Shown here: piece after piece, positions 29,886 through 39,883 of the stretch
How the letters are laid out: every line of letters begins with the position of its first letter
Numbering within the stretch: position 1 is the stretch's first letter
Source: a bacterium
GTDB lineage: Bacteria; Zhuqueibacterota; Zhuqueibacteria; Residuimicrobiales; Krinioviventaceae
NCBI GenBank assembly: GCA_963674595.2
Contig: CAXXFV010000006.1
Span: 192,001-256,000 of the forward strand
Direction: 5' to 3'
DNA: 64,000 nucleotides
Position numbers and translations under genes: made by a program
Notes under the pieces: generated by a model
The model's database searches: none
What the model was told of the DNA's origin: nothing
What the model saw: the letters and a program-made list of their open reading frames with translations, nothing else

Positions 29886-31004
29886 TCAATTATTTATTTC
29901 CAATTCATATATTCTGTAACGCCGTGTTTGTTTAGCGCCCAGCTTTTTGATGGCGTTAACCATTGGTAGATTGTCTTCCAATACATAATTGATCTCCATC
30001 CAAAAGTCCTGAGTATAAAGCGATTCATGTAAGGCCCGGTATAGAAGACTGTCTATTGCCTTGCCCTGAAATTCCGGAATGACTCCCAGGGCAAACATAC
30101 GGTATCGTTTTAATCTGGGTATACCCCATAATAATTTAATGAATCCAAAAGGAAGCAATCGGCCATTCATTCCTTTTAATAAATGATTGATATCTGGTAA
30201 TGCGATGGCAAAACCAACAGGCCGTCCGTTTTTATCTTCAGCAAAAAGCACACCTTTAGGTTGAATGACTGCCTTTAAATCATGCGCCATGGTTTTTACT
30301 TCTTCTCCGGTTACAGGAGAGTAGCCCCAATTTTCAATAATACTGGCATTGGAAAGTTCCATGACTGTCTGTACTTCCTGATCGTATTGTTTCATATTAA
30401 TTTTCCGAATTCGAATACCGTATCTGTCGGCAACTGAGTTGGTCAGCTCTAAAATACGGTCCGGGATTTTGTAATCATCTTTTGCTGATATATTCCAGCA
30501 CAAAAGGTCCTTTGCTTTGTGCATGCCAAAATCAACAAGAAAATTATTGTAATATGAAGGATTATAAGGAGCCATCAGCACCGGTGAAGGTTCAAATCCT
30601 TCCAATACCATACCCCATTCCTGCGATACAAAACTCCAGGGTCCCCGGATTTTCGTGCATCCTGAGGCTTTTAACCAATCTTTTGCCGCCTCAAGTAGTA
30701 AATGTGCCGCTTTTTTATTTTGAATACATTCAAAGTAACCAAACAGGCCGATTGGTTCTTTCCAAAAGTCTATGGCCAGATTATCAATAAAGGCAGCAAT
30801 ACGACCAATAATTTTGCCATTATCTTTTAATAAAAAAAGCTGCCTTTTGCAATGTTTTAAAAAAGGATTGGACCCCGGATAAAACTGTTTTTTCTGTTCT
30901 GTTCGCAGGGGAGGGACCCACATTTTATCATTTTTGTAGAGTTTGTAGGGCAAGTCGATAAAGGCATGTAAATCACGATGTGAGTCTATTGGGAAAATAT
31001 CCAT
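29886..31004 (-). CDS. GNAT-fold N-acetyltransferase (YghO-like)
   Basis: FIDLPY.LY..D..WVPPL, GRIAA, FGYFEC, PYNP.YY, LPDIN, LGV.PEFQGK, VLEDN.PM. Confidence 0.82.
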   Translation of the reverse strand: MDIFPIDSHRDLHAFIDLPYKLYKNDKMWVPPLRTEQKKQFYPGSNPFLKHCKRQLFLLKDNGKIIGRIAAFIDNLAIDFWKEPIGLFGYFECIQNKKAAHLLLEAAKDWLKASGCTKIRGPWSFVSQEWGMVLEGFEPSPVLMAPYNPSYYNNFLVDFGMHKAKDLLCWNISAKDDYKIPDRILELTNSVADRYGIRIRKINMKQYDQEVQTVMELSNASIIENWGYSPVTGEEVKTMAHDLKAVIQPKGVLFAEDKNGRPVGFAIALPDINHLLKGMNGRLLPFGFIKLLWGIPRLKRYRMFALGVIPEFQGKAIDSLLYRALHESLYTQDFWMEINYVLEDNLPMVNAIKKLGAKQTRRYRIYELEINN

Positions 31005-31152
31005 GGTTTTTTAGATTTCCTGAGTAATAGATTCAGTGTTGATGATAATACAATCAAACAGTCATTTTGTTATTCCCCTTTGGTTGATTTAATATAGTAA
31101 ATTTTGATAATATATCTAAAATAGTTTATCTATTTTTTTTAAGAATCGTAAA

Positions 31153-33462
31153 TTATATAATTTGGATATCTACTTTTTTTTGGGTTTTTTGACCGCTTAT
31201 TTTGTCTCTGACCTCTATAATAATTTCATAATTACCAGAATTTATATTTTGTGTGTCCAGATTATTGAATATTATTTCGTCTCTTATTCTACCCCGGGTT
31301 TCATAACTAAGGGCTATATTTTTTTTATTACTCTTAAAAAGTGATCGTAAAAAACCGGCTTTATCGTTTTTGTCTTTTGGTTGAATTGCATAGGTAATTT
31401 CATATTTTGTTGTTCCGCCTTGATTGTAAGCTAGGTTATATATTTCGAAATAGAGTCCAATAACTGCATTTTTATTAAAAGGAGAGAACATGTGCGGTTC
31501 ATAGGACAAATCACCTTTCCGAAAACGGGCCGTACTGTCGGAGGATTTAATTATATCTGAAACGAGGATATCACTTATTATGAGCTCATCTTGATGGTAA
31601 TTAACCAATTGTGTGGTGCCTTTGTAAGCACCCAATTTATCGGCTACTTTATCATGCAATTGAAACTCTATATGATACTTTCCTGGTAGTATGCTAACCT
31701 GTCTTTTCGCAATAAATGAACTCGAAAGCCACTCTGTTTTAGATAAATGACCCAATGCAATTCTTTCATCATTTTTTTCTTTGGTAATTTGATGCCATGT
31801 GCTGTCATAGATACCTAAAAAAGAGTCAAGTTCTAAGTAACTGCTTTTACCGGAGGTTTCTATTTGTGCCTGGTTCCCGTCAACACCATAATATACTTCA
31901 ACCAAAGTTTTTCTCTGCTTACCTTTAAAACATAGAATATTTAATGGAAATTTTAAAAGTTCTTTTTTTACTTTAAACTCTGTTGTTTCCTTATGCAGCC
32001 CAACCTGTACATATTTTTCATTCTCTATTGCCAGTCTATGAGGAATTTCAATAGCATCAAATTGGCCGATTATATACGATTCTTCATGAACATAGGGGTC
32101 CATGACTGCATATTTGGGATCAAGTTCAGCTCGATTTGAAAAAGTAATTGGTATCAGGGTCATTACCCATCCCCTGGCTCCGCTGCCTTTGGAAAAATGA
32201 AAAATCATTTTAGGAGTTTTATTTTTTGCATAATAGAGCCATGACAGGTTAAACATATCCGCCTCAGCACTAGTGACCCATTTGTCCGGGTTTCCATGAC
32301 GTACATATATGAGTCCCATATCATCCAATTCTCTTTTTTCAGGTAGTGCATTGGTTTGGTACTCATTGATCAATTCTTGTCCTGCTTTACTTTTAGTTTT
32401 CCATTTATGATAAAATTCATATTCTGAGCTGCCGACCACATAACGTCTAAAATTTTTACGTGCAAAAGCTAATCGGTTATAGTGTTCACTCATTCTTTCA
32501 TTCAATTCAGTTGATAAAGCAGGATCACGGGACAGCCAAAAGCGTTGATAAAATTGTTCAATCTCTTCCGGTTTTAAGGTCACTAGTTCTTTGTACTCGT
32601 TATTATTCATGATGTAACATAGATCAGGATAAAATAAATCCGCATCAGCTTTATCTTTAACAAGTGCCAATGCCTTATTATAATGTTCATTACCCAATTT
32701 GTTTTTATTAAGATTAAAATATAGCTTTGCTTTTAAATAATGAAATTGACATTCGGAAATGCCCATGCATTTTGAATCGTATTTATCTAAAATAAAAAGA
32801 CTTTGCTGATATTTTTCCAGTGCAAAATATAGCTTTGCCAAATGAAATTGAAATGTACAATTTTTAGGATATTTTTTTATTAAGTTTAAAAGAAAAATTT
32901 TTCCGGTTTCTTCTTGGGAATACCAGAAAACACTTTCGAGAAATGTATTAAATAGATCTTTGTCAAAGGGTATATATGAAAATGCTTTTCCTTGTGTTGT
33001 AATTGCTTTATTTATATTTTGACGATTTTTATAAAAATCAGACAAAGCCTTCCATGCAGGCGAAAAACTGGAATCAAGTTCAATGGCTTTTTCATAATAT
33101 TTGGGGGCTGTATATCGTTCGGAAAAATTTCTGTTATTGTTAATTGTTTTTCCCAAATAATAATAGGCCTCTGCAAAATCCGGTTTATGTTTTATAGCTT
33201 TTTTAAAAAGTTTTTTTGCTTCAGGATTTCCGGGTTTTTCCTGCTCTGCTATAATTCCCAGTCCATAATAAGCTTCTGCAATATTTTTATCTGTTTCTAA
33301 AATCTTTTCAAAAGTAACTTTTGCAGAATCAAGTTGCCCGGTTTCTATGTATTTGGTCCCTCTATCATAAAGTGGTTGCCAGGGTTGATGTGAAGAAGAT
33401 TGCGAAATTGGAAGGAGAATAAAAATGATAAATATACCTGTTAAATGATATTTTTTTAACAT
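31153..33462 (-). CDS. Secreted TPR-repeat protein with a GWxTD-like domain
   Basis: Signal peptide and TPRs (AEAYYGLG, AEAYYYLG). FW..RDP..STELNER..EHY.RL.FA..NF followed by LDDMGLIYVRHGNPD. Confidence 0.78.
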   Translation of the reverse strand: MLKKYHLTGIFIIFILLPISQSSSHQPWQPLYDRGTKYIETGQLDSAKVTFEKILETDKNIAEAYYGLGIIAEQEKPGNPEAKKLFKKAIKHKPDFAEAYYYLGKTINNNRNFSERYTAPKYYEKAIELDSSFSPAWKALSDFYKNRQNINKAITTQGKAFSYIPFDKDLFNTFLESVFWYSQEETGKIFLLNLIKKYPKNCTFQFHLAKLYFALEKYQQSLFILDKYDSKCMGISECQFHYLKAKLYFNLNKNKLGNEHYNKALALVKDKADADLFYPDLCYIMNNNEYKELVTLKPEEIEQFYQRFWLSRDPALSTELNERMSEHYNRLAFARKNFRRYVVGSSEYEFYHKWKTKSKAGQELINEYQTNALPEKRELDDMGLIYVRHGNPDKWVTSAEADMFNLSWLYYAKNKTPKMIFHFSKGSGARGWVMTLIPITFSNRAELDPKYAVMDPYVHEESYIIGQFDAIEIPHRLAIENEKYVQVGLHKETTEFKVKKELLKFPLNILCFKGKQRKTLVEVYYGVDGNQAQIETSGKSSYLELDSFLGIYDSTWHQITKEKNDERIALGHLSKTEWLSSSFIAKRQVSILPGKYHIEFQLHDKVADKLGAYKGTTQLVNYHQDELIISDILVSDIIKSSDSTARFRKGDLSYEPHMFSPFNKNAVIGLYFEIYNLAYNQGGTTKYEITYAIQPKDKNDKAGFLRSLFKSNKKNIALSYETRGRIRDEIIFNNLDTQNINSGNYEIIIEVRDKISGQKTQKKVDIQII

Positions 33463-33608
33463 CAGAGACTCCTGATTTCAAAACGTCTTTAACATTTAAT
33501 TATACTCTGTTTTTAAGACGCCGTTTTCCCAATTACTGTTTACATTTTGTTTTTTTGAACAACAGATCATTTAGCATTTTGTAATCGAATTTCATTTAAT
33601 TTTTCAAG

Positions 33609-35132
33609 TTATTTTAGCACCAAAAGTTTTTTCATCAATGTCTGATTTCCCGTTTTAAGTATATAAAAATAAACACCGGATGTTAATTCCCGGCTTGATA
33701 ATTTTATTGAATGCACACCTTTTGATTGATTTCCGGAGTATAATATTTGGAGTTTTTCACCAATAATGTTATATAGTGATAATTCAATTGGTTGTGATTT
33801 TGGAAGGTAGTAATTTATAATCGTACTGGAATTAAAGGGATTCGGATGGTTTTGCAATAACCTGAAATCTGTTGATACTATCTGCTTGTCTGATTGCTCA
33901 ACATCTACACCAACTTTTATAAAATTTATTTTGAGATAAATATCTGATTGTTTACCATCAAACTCTTCCCAACTCTGAACAAAATATTGATTGTTAAAAC
34001 CCGACATTGCCAGATTTGGGACACTGTTTTCTGTTGAATGAAAAAGTTCAGAGTACCAAGGATCTTGACATCTATTTAAATGCGTAACACCTTGTTGCTT
34101 ATATGAATAGAAATAATAAGGACTAAATGTAATAACACAGCCGCCAGGTAGTAAACTGTTTGATATAAATTTAAAATCAGATTCAGGTTGACTAAAAAAG
34201 CTATTTAAAGGTCCAATGTTTATGGAATCTTGCTGGAACGTAATAGATGCGCCAAGAAATTTATTTTCATCAACCCAGTTTAACAACATGATTGGTTTTT
34301 CAGCACAATCATAATGGAAATTCAAACATGCTTGAGAAATATTTCCATGGATTTTAAGTAAGGAATATGGGCCTTTCCACGTTGTACTGTCTTTTGGTAA
34401 AATCATTAATTTAACTGATAATGAATCATCCGGTCCTTTTTCTTCAAACAAAAGCCAAATATTTTCAAACCAATCGATTCTGGCGCTCAATGCTTTAACT
34501 GAATCCTGAAAAGTATATATTGTTTTTATATTGTGCCATTGAAAATTATTAAATTCTGCGGTATAGATAAAGCTGTCCGACACCCAGAACAGGCGGTTCA
34601 ATGAATCGCTCTTGTCTTCGGCATCAAGAGCATCCATCGTAGTAAAAACTGGTAGAGAAGCTGTTGTTTGTCCGAAATTCAGTTTTTGGGCCGGGAGCCA
34701 TTGATCATTATAAAGCCGGGTATACATCAGACAACTCGAATCAGCGTCACTTTCAATCCAAACAGCAACCGGATTTAACAGATAATTTTCCAAAAGAGGA
34801 CTGGAACGTTTTTTTTGAACGGTGGTATCTGAAAGAATTTGTTTCTCAGTTATTTGATAGTCTTGATTATAGTACAGTTTAAAGTTGCGGGCAATAACTT
34901 TGTCATTTTCAGTGGAGGTTTCTATGTATGTCAACCAAATTGGATGAGTATTTGGATCAAGAGAGCGCCACTCATGACTGAGTAAACCATCGTACCAGAA
35001 ATGGGTGAGATAGGGAGAGTGTTCATGTAACAATGAGTCATTGGCAGCAGGAACAACAGGATAAGAACTTGTTGCGAACGCCATACCTGTTGTCATCAAG
35101 ATTACTGCAAAGAAAAAGATTTTCGTTTTCAT
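33609..35132 (-). CDS. Secreted protein with T9SS type A-like C-terminal sorting domain
   Basis: Signal peptide. C-terminus F.LLQNHPNPFNSST.INY.LP...LYNIIGE...SGVYFY.L...KKLLVLK. Confidence 0.82.
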   Translation of the reverse strand: MKTKIFFFAVILMTTGMAFATSSYPVVPAANDSLLHEHSPYLTHFWYDGLLSHEWRSLDPNTHPIWLTYIETSTENDKVIARNFKLYYNQDYQITEKQILSDTTVQKKRSSPLLENYLLNPVAVWIESDADSSCLMYTRLYNDQWLPAQKLNFGQTTASLPVFTTMDALDAEDKSDSLNRLFWVSDSFIYTAEFNNFQWHNIKTIYTFQDSVKALSARIDWFENIWLLFEEKGPDDSLSVKLMILPKDSTTWKGPYSLLKIHGNISQACLNFHYDCAEKPIMLLNWVDENKFLGASITFQQDSINIGPLNSFFSQPESDFKFISNSLLPGGCVITFSPYYFYSYKQQGVTHLNRCQDPWYSELFHSTENSVPNLAMSGFNNQYFVQSWEEFDGKQSDIYLKINFIKVGVDVEQSDKQIVSTDFRLLQNHPNPFNSSTIINYYLPKSQPIELSLYNIIGEKLQILYSGNQSKGVHSIKLSSRELTSGVYFYILKTGNQTLMKKLLVLK

Positions 35133-35176
35133 TTTGCATACCCCTTTTTTTGTTTTAACTTTTTACATTTATTCAA

Positions 35177-36373
35177 TCACAATTTTTCATAGTCAAAAAT
35201 ATATGTCTGTGTTTTTCCAAAAGTAAAGTTCCAGACTATTTTTGTTAAATTTTGATTTTCATCATAACTGAAATCTATTTCAGCATCAAATCCGTCTTTA
35301 CCCTTAAAATGGCCTTTGTTCAGGTTTCCGTTGTCATGACAGGTAAAATTAATGGTACCGGAAAGCCATGTATCAAAATTGTCCCAATAGGCCCTGATTA
35401 ATCTCGAATTTTCATCATATTCATACATTTCGTTTCCGGTCACGCCGTCGGTGCGTTTAAAAGACCTTTTAATCAGTTTCACGTTTTTATTATACTCGTA
35501 GGTGAATATACCGCACAAACCATTTGAATATTGCCGATAGGACTTGATCAGTCTTCCCAGATGATCGTACAGATAATTTGTTTCTGTATGGAAATTATCC
35601 GATCGTTCAAATCGTTTTTTGACAAGTTTGTTATTTTCATAATAATAATAGGAGGGACCGCCGGTTTTTCCGGCATAATCATATTGTTCTTTGCTGACCC
35701 GGAATTTATCGTTTTGAGAAATAAATACATTTGAACCGGTATAATGAACCGGTCCCTGCCGGCATTTTTCATAGACGTATTCAAAGGTTTGGCCCCACTT
35801 GCCGTTAAAATCCCAGTGCTCTTTTATAAGTAGTCCGTTTTCATTATAGCTGTATAAAATTACGCCGGTATTTTTGCCTTTTTGTTCAATGATTGCTTTT
35901 TGTTGATTACCTTCATTATCGTAGACATACGTCAGTTCACCGTAAAACCACCCGTTCAGGCCCATACAATGAGCTTTAAGCAGTTTTCCGTTGTTATCAT
36001 ATTTATAGGTTGTTTTGCCGGTAATGCTGTCGGAACGCTGAAAATGGCGGGCTGTCATGTTACCATTATCATCAAATTCAAATCTTTGAACAGATATTAA
36101 ACTGTCGGAAAATTCACGATATTTTTCAATGATATTGCCCTTTTCATCATGACGATAAAAATTGATTGAGGCCCGGCTGCCGTCTTCAAGTTCCCATATT
36201 GCTTTTTCCAGGACCCCCTCATCATTATAATCAAATGTGGTAACTCCGTTTTCGCCGCTTGTGTTTACGTAATAAAGCTGGAATAATTGATATTCCGGGT
36301 TGTGCGGGTTTTTACAAAAAAGAAAAGATGACAGAGCTAAAAGGAGAATTAAAAAACAGCTATTTTTTTTCAT
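35177..36373 (-). CDS. Putative lipoprotein with YD-like beta-hairpin repeats and an internal duplication
   Basis: Hydrophobic leader ending LFC. Repeated Y.YD.NG.L.K units, and the two halves align. Confidence 0.7.
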   Translation of the reverse strand: MKKNSCFLILLLALSSFLFCKNPHNPEYQLFQLYYVNTSGENGVTTFDYNDEGVLEKAIWELEDGSRASINFYRHDEKGNIIEKYREFSDSLISVQRFEFDDNGNMTARHFQRSDSITGKTTYKYDNNGKLLKAHCMGLNGWFYGELTYVYDNEGNQQKAIIEQKGKNTGVILYSYNENGLLIKEHWDFNGKWGQTFEYVYEKCRQGPVHYTGSNVFISQNDKFRVSKEQYDYAGKTGGPSYYYYENNKLVKKRFERSDNFHTETNYLYDHLGRLIKSYRQYSNGLCGIFTYEYNKNVKLIKRSFKRTDGVTGNEMYEYDENSRLIRAYWDNFDTWLSGTINFTCHDNGNLNKGHFKGKDGFDAEIDFSYDENQNLTKIVWNFTFGKTQTYIFDYEKL

Positions 36374-36448
36374 AATGTGTCCCGGGAATTGGTTGGTATG
36401 TTTAAATGATCTTGATCAGTTGTTTTGTAATTTTAAAAAGTAACTATT

Positions 36449-37093
36449 CTATTTAATCACAACGCCCCATTCCGCAACTGTAAAACCTAACCTTTCAAAT
36501 TGATCGATTTGCGGGCATTGTAAAGAATAGCTCTCATCTACCGTTTTAATAATGTAAAACAATCTCAGGATTGAATTCGGTTTAATTGAAAAATTGAGTT
36601 TTATTATTTGTTCAATGGTTTGTTCTGTTTGAGGATAGATGGCAAACATGTTGGAGTTGTTTAACAAGGGTATCCAATAAGTGATAAAATCCTTAATTTC
36701 TTTTTCATTAAAACCGTATTCCGTCATATTTTCCGTGAAAAAGTTTGTTAACTGCTCCTTTTCGATGATCCAGCCATATTGATATTGATAAAGATCGGGC
36801 GTCAGACTTTCGTAAAACAGATATTCAAATTCCTTATCAATAAGCCCGGATTCATCTACAAATATATCCCAGCCGGTTTTATAGGGTGGTATGGATTCTG
36901 TTATTTCTCCGCCATTCGGAAAGGAAATGTTTACTGTCAGGTTTATCGGTTCTGGAGGATAAATGTAAATGTTGGGTTTTCTTACATGTTCACCAAAGTG
37001 GCAACATGTATCGTTGTATTCAAACGGAGAAAAATCTTTTTCGCAATTAAGTAAAAATAAAAACGCTAATAAAGAGAACATCTGTTTTTTCAT
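36449..37093 (-). CDS. Hypothetical lipoprotein (KPxIYxYP...YLFYE...EWG family)
   Basis: Leader ending LLNC. Motifs KPNIYIYP, YLFYE, DFITYW.P, GFTVAEWG. Confidence 0.7.
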   Translation of the reverse strand: MKKQMFSLLAFLFLLNCEKDFSPFEYNDTCCHFGEHVRKPNIYIYPPEPINLTVNISFPNGGEITESIPPYKTGWDIFVDESGLIDKEFEYLFYESLTPDLYQYQYGWIIEKEQLTNFFTENMTEYGFNEKEIKDFITYWIPLLNNSNMFAIYPQTEQTIEQIIKLNFSIKPNSILRLFYIIKTVDESYSLQCPQIDQFERLGFTVAEWGVVIK

Positions 37094-37350
37094 AATCTTA
37101 ACCCCAATTGTTTAGTGATTATGTTACATAAAGACTATTTATAGTGTTATTAGTGTATCTAAAATAACAGAATTTTAGTAAATTAAATTCAGTTTGTTTT
37201 TGTATAGTCAACAACCCATATTTATAAGTATGATAGCCGGTTTTGTATTTTGAAAATCCCGATTGCATAAAAATCGAACCATTAATGAATAATACAAATT
37301 AAATAAAATCATGGCAAGTTATTTTTACTAATACACTTTTCCAAAAGAGT

Positions 37351-37977
37351 TTAATCGGACTTGACATTTCCGTTTTCATCAAACTCGATTGTTTTGCCTT
37401 TTTTAAACGTTTTGCCGTTTGTTTGATAATCTCCGGCCAGTTTGCATTTTTTAATCTTTCCGTTTTCATATAAATTGACATTAACCAGCAGGCTTGCATC
37501 ACAATAAACACTATCGACCATAACGTTTTCAGACGGAAAAAAACTGCGCAATTTCCCGCTTTCGTAAAATCCGGTATGAGTACCTTTGTAACCGCCGCTG
37601 CCGCCGCAGAGATAACCCTGTACCTGATAGTCATGGGGGAAAGAGCAAATATATCCGGTTCGTCCTTCTTGAAAAGGAAAATGGATCCATGTATGGGCCG
37701 GAAGAAGAGTGCCCTTGTACATAAAATCCTGGCTCAACTGAAAAGAGAGCAATTCCCAGTTTTTATTAAAATGTATCCAACCTTTTTCACAGGGAAATTC
37801 CTGAATATTAAGGTTATCAGGCATATACCCCATGTAATTTCCTGCTCCGGATTGAGAAATTTTTTTAAAATAGATACCGTTTTTTTGGATGTTATATTCC
37901 CAATGTTTGCAGTTGTTCAAAAAAATCAAAATCATGAAAAAGAGGGTGATCCGTATTAACAGTTTTATATTTTTCAA
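37351..37977 (-). CDS. Hypothetical lipoprotein with MORN-variant-like repeats
   Basis: Leader ending LNNC. Repeats FYESGKLRSF, LYENGKIKKC, FDENGNV. Confidence 0.6.
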   Translation of the reverse strand: MKNIKLLIRITLFFMILIFLNNCKHWEYNIQKNGIYFKKISQSGAGNYMGYMPDNLNIQEFPCEKGWIHFNKNWELLSFQLSQDFMYKGTLLPAHTWIHFPFQEGRTGYICSFPHDYQVQGYLCGGSGGYKGTHTGFYESGKLRSFFPSENVMVDSVYCDASLLVNVNLYENGKIKKCKLAGDYQTNGKTFKKGKTIEFDENGNVKSD

Positions 37978-38028
37978 TGTATTAACCTCAATATTTTGTA
38001 TAGAATTTTGTGTAAAAACAGTTTGTAC

Positions 38029-38916
38029 CTATTCTGTTTTTAGCATATCTTTTAATATTTTACTGCTGACCCAATAGTACTGCCCTTTACTCATAAAGAT
38101 GATATATTTCCCGTCCGGTGTTAGTGAAGGGAAATTACTTGTTTGGTCAAAATTTATTATTTTATTCAGGTTATGTGGTTCCGACCAGACATCATTCTCG
38201 TTACGAAAACTAACATAAATTCTCTGGTCCTGTTCATTTTCACCGGGTCGTGATGATGAAAACAACAGAAAAGATTCATCCGGAGCAATAAAAGGGGTAT
38301 AATCTATATATTTAGAGTTGATGGTTTCCGGTAATAGTTCCGGTGTTTCATATTGACCATTTTGATAGCGTGATCTGAAAATTCCACGGTTCCATGTTAA
38401 GCCTTCATGTACACCGGTAAAATAGAGTGTGCCGCTGTTTGTTAGTGTCGGTTGAGATTCCATTTTATCAGAGTTTGGCGGTGAACCCAGGTTTTGTTTA
38501 GAACCCCATCCGGAGTCATTTTTTTCAACATACCAGATATCCAGACTTCCATAACCTGTCGAGTCGAATAATTGAAAATAGAGTTTTTGGCCGTTTGTTG
38601 ACAGAAACGGCGCTTGAATATTTGTCTGGGAAAAAGCTGTCTTTTTGGGGGTGGACCATACATTGTCTTTAAATTCCATATATAATATTTGTGGCGGAAT
38701 GACAGGCCAGTAAACCTGCTTGCCGTCCGGCGTAAAGCTTGGAAAACCGTGTATTCTTTGTTTTTGATGAGAGAAAAAATCGGGAGCCAGCAATTGCGGT
38801 GTGCTGTCAGGCGGCTTTTGACTAAAATAGGGGAGGGACTTTGACGGTGCCGGTCTGTTACATTGGATCGTCACTAAAAAGGAAAATATAAACGGGATAA
38901 TTAATATTTTTCGCAC
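38029..38916 (-). CDS. PD40 (WD40-like, TolB-type) beta-propeller lipoprotein
   Basis: PSFTPDGK, PFLSTNGQKLYF, GYGSLDIWY, PFIAPDESFLLFSS, PSLTPDGKY. GTG start. Confidence 0.82.
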   Translation of the reverse strand: MRKILIIPFIFSFLVTIQCNRPAPSKSLPYFSQKPPDSTPQLLAPDFFSHQKQRIHGFPSFTPDGKQVYWPVIPPQILYMEFKDNVWSTPKKTAFSQTNIQAPFLSTNGQKLYFQLFDSTGYGSLDIWYVEKNDSGWGSKQNLGSPPNSDKMESQPTLTNSGTLYFTGVHEGLTWNRGIFRSRYQNGQYETPELLPETINSKYIDYTPFIAPDESFLLFSSSRPGENEQDQRIYVSFRNENDVWSEPHNLNKIINFDQTSNFPSLTPDGKYIIFMSKGQYYWVSSKILKDMLKTE

Positions 38917-39034
38917 AGAGATATCCTTTCCAGTTTTTTTTAAACGTATGATTCTGGTTTACGTAATTGTTCCGGTAATGTTACTCTGGTTTTGAATATT
39001 ATATTTATTTACCTGTAAATTAAATTAGAGTTGT

Positions 39035-39835
39035 TTACAGTTTTTTCCACAACTGCAATACGGCACTTTCATTCAACCTTTTTAACCGGTTCTTTTTCAG
39101 ATTCTCCCGAACAATTTTTCGTATTATTGGATTATTAATAGTTATTAAATGATCAAGATAATCGAATCCCTGTTCTTTATTTCCCAGGATGATGACACTT
39201 AATGTATAGCATAGTCCTTTAACCAGGGCTTTATATTCGGGTGTTTTAATATCTTTTTCGTTCCCTACTTTTTCTATAATAATTTTGTGAATTAAAAAGG
39301 CAGCTTGTGCAATCTGCGGGTCCTTCATCAAATAGGGTTCTGCCAGTCCGGCAGCGACTGCCCGATACACAAAATAGTTCTCATCTTCCAGCCATTTATT
39401 TAACTGTTCCAGTGTTTGTGACGAGTCTACAGCTACAATTTCCTGGATTGCCATTGCAACAGCTTCCCGGATTCGCCATCTGTCATCCTGAGCATTTTTT
39501 CTTAATAGCAGCAATATTTCATTTCTGCGATTAAAATCGATTTTAGCGATTCGGCCTAATCCGACAATTCCGCAAAAAGGTAAAAATTCTTCATTTCCAA
39601 TTTTCGCTTTGCGTGCCGGGTTTTCATTAACCAGTCTGAGGCAGTTATTAAAAGCGGCTTCTTTAGCAGGAAGATAGATTTTTTCAATATAATCTCTAAA
39701 CGAAAACGCCAGTTCCAGATTACCTCTTTTTCCCGGCAAGTTTGAATTTTCAAGCAGGTAATTTTCCAGTTCTTTTTCAACAAGAGTATATTTTTTAAAT
39801 TCGTCAAGATAGATTTCTTTTTTACTGTTAGCCAT
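39035..39835 (-). CDS. HEAT/ARM-repeat hypothetical protein
   Basis: SNLPGKRGNLELA, A.D.RWRIREAVAMAIQ, ENLKKNRL; predicted all-helical. Confidence 0.7.
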   Translation of the reverse strand: MANSKKEIYLDEFKKYTLVEKELENYLLENSNLPGKRGNLELAFSFRDYIEKIYLPAKEAAFNNCLRLVNENPARKAKIGNEEFLPFCGIVGLGRIAKIDFNRRNEILLLLRKNAQDDRWRIREAVAMAIQEIVAVDSSQTLEQLNKWLEDENYFVYRAVAAGLAEPYLMKDPQIAQAAFLIHKIIIEKVGNEKDIKTPEYKALVKGLCYTLSVIILGNKEQGFDYLDHLITINNPIIRKIVRENLKKNRLKRLNESAVLQLWKKL

Positions 39836-39883
39836 ATTTTATTCTTTTGTTTTTAAGAGCCAGGTGTTATAAAAAATTATCTG

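Noticed and set aside
35177-37977. Rhs/polymorphic toxin-immunity locus
   Set aside because: There is no Rhs core (DPxG) or toxin domain, and the proteins look like independent lipoproteins.
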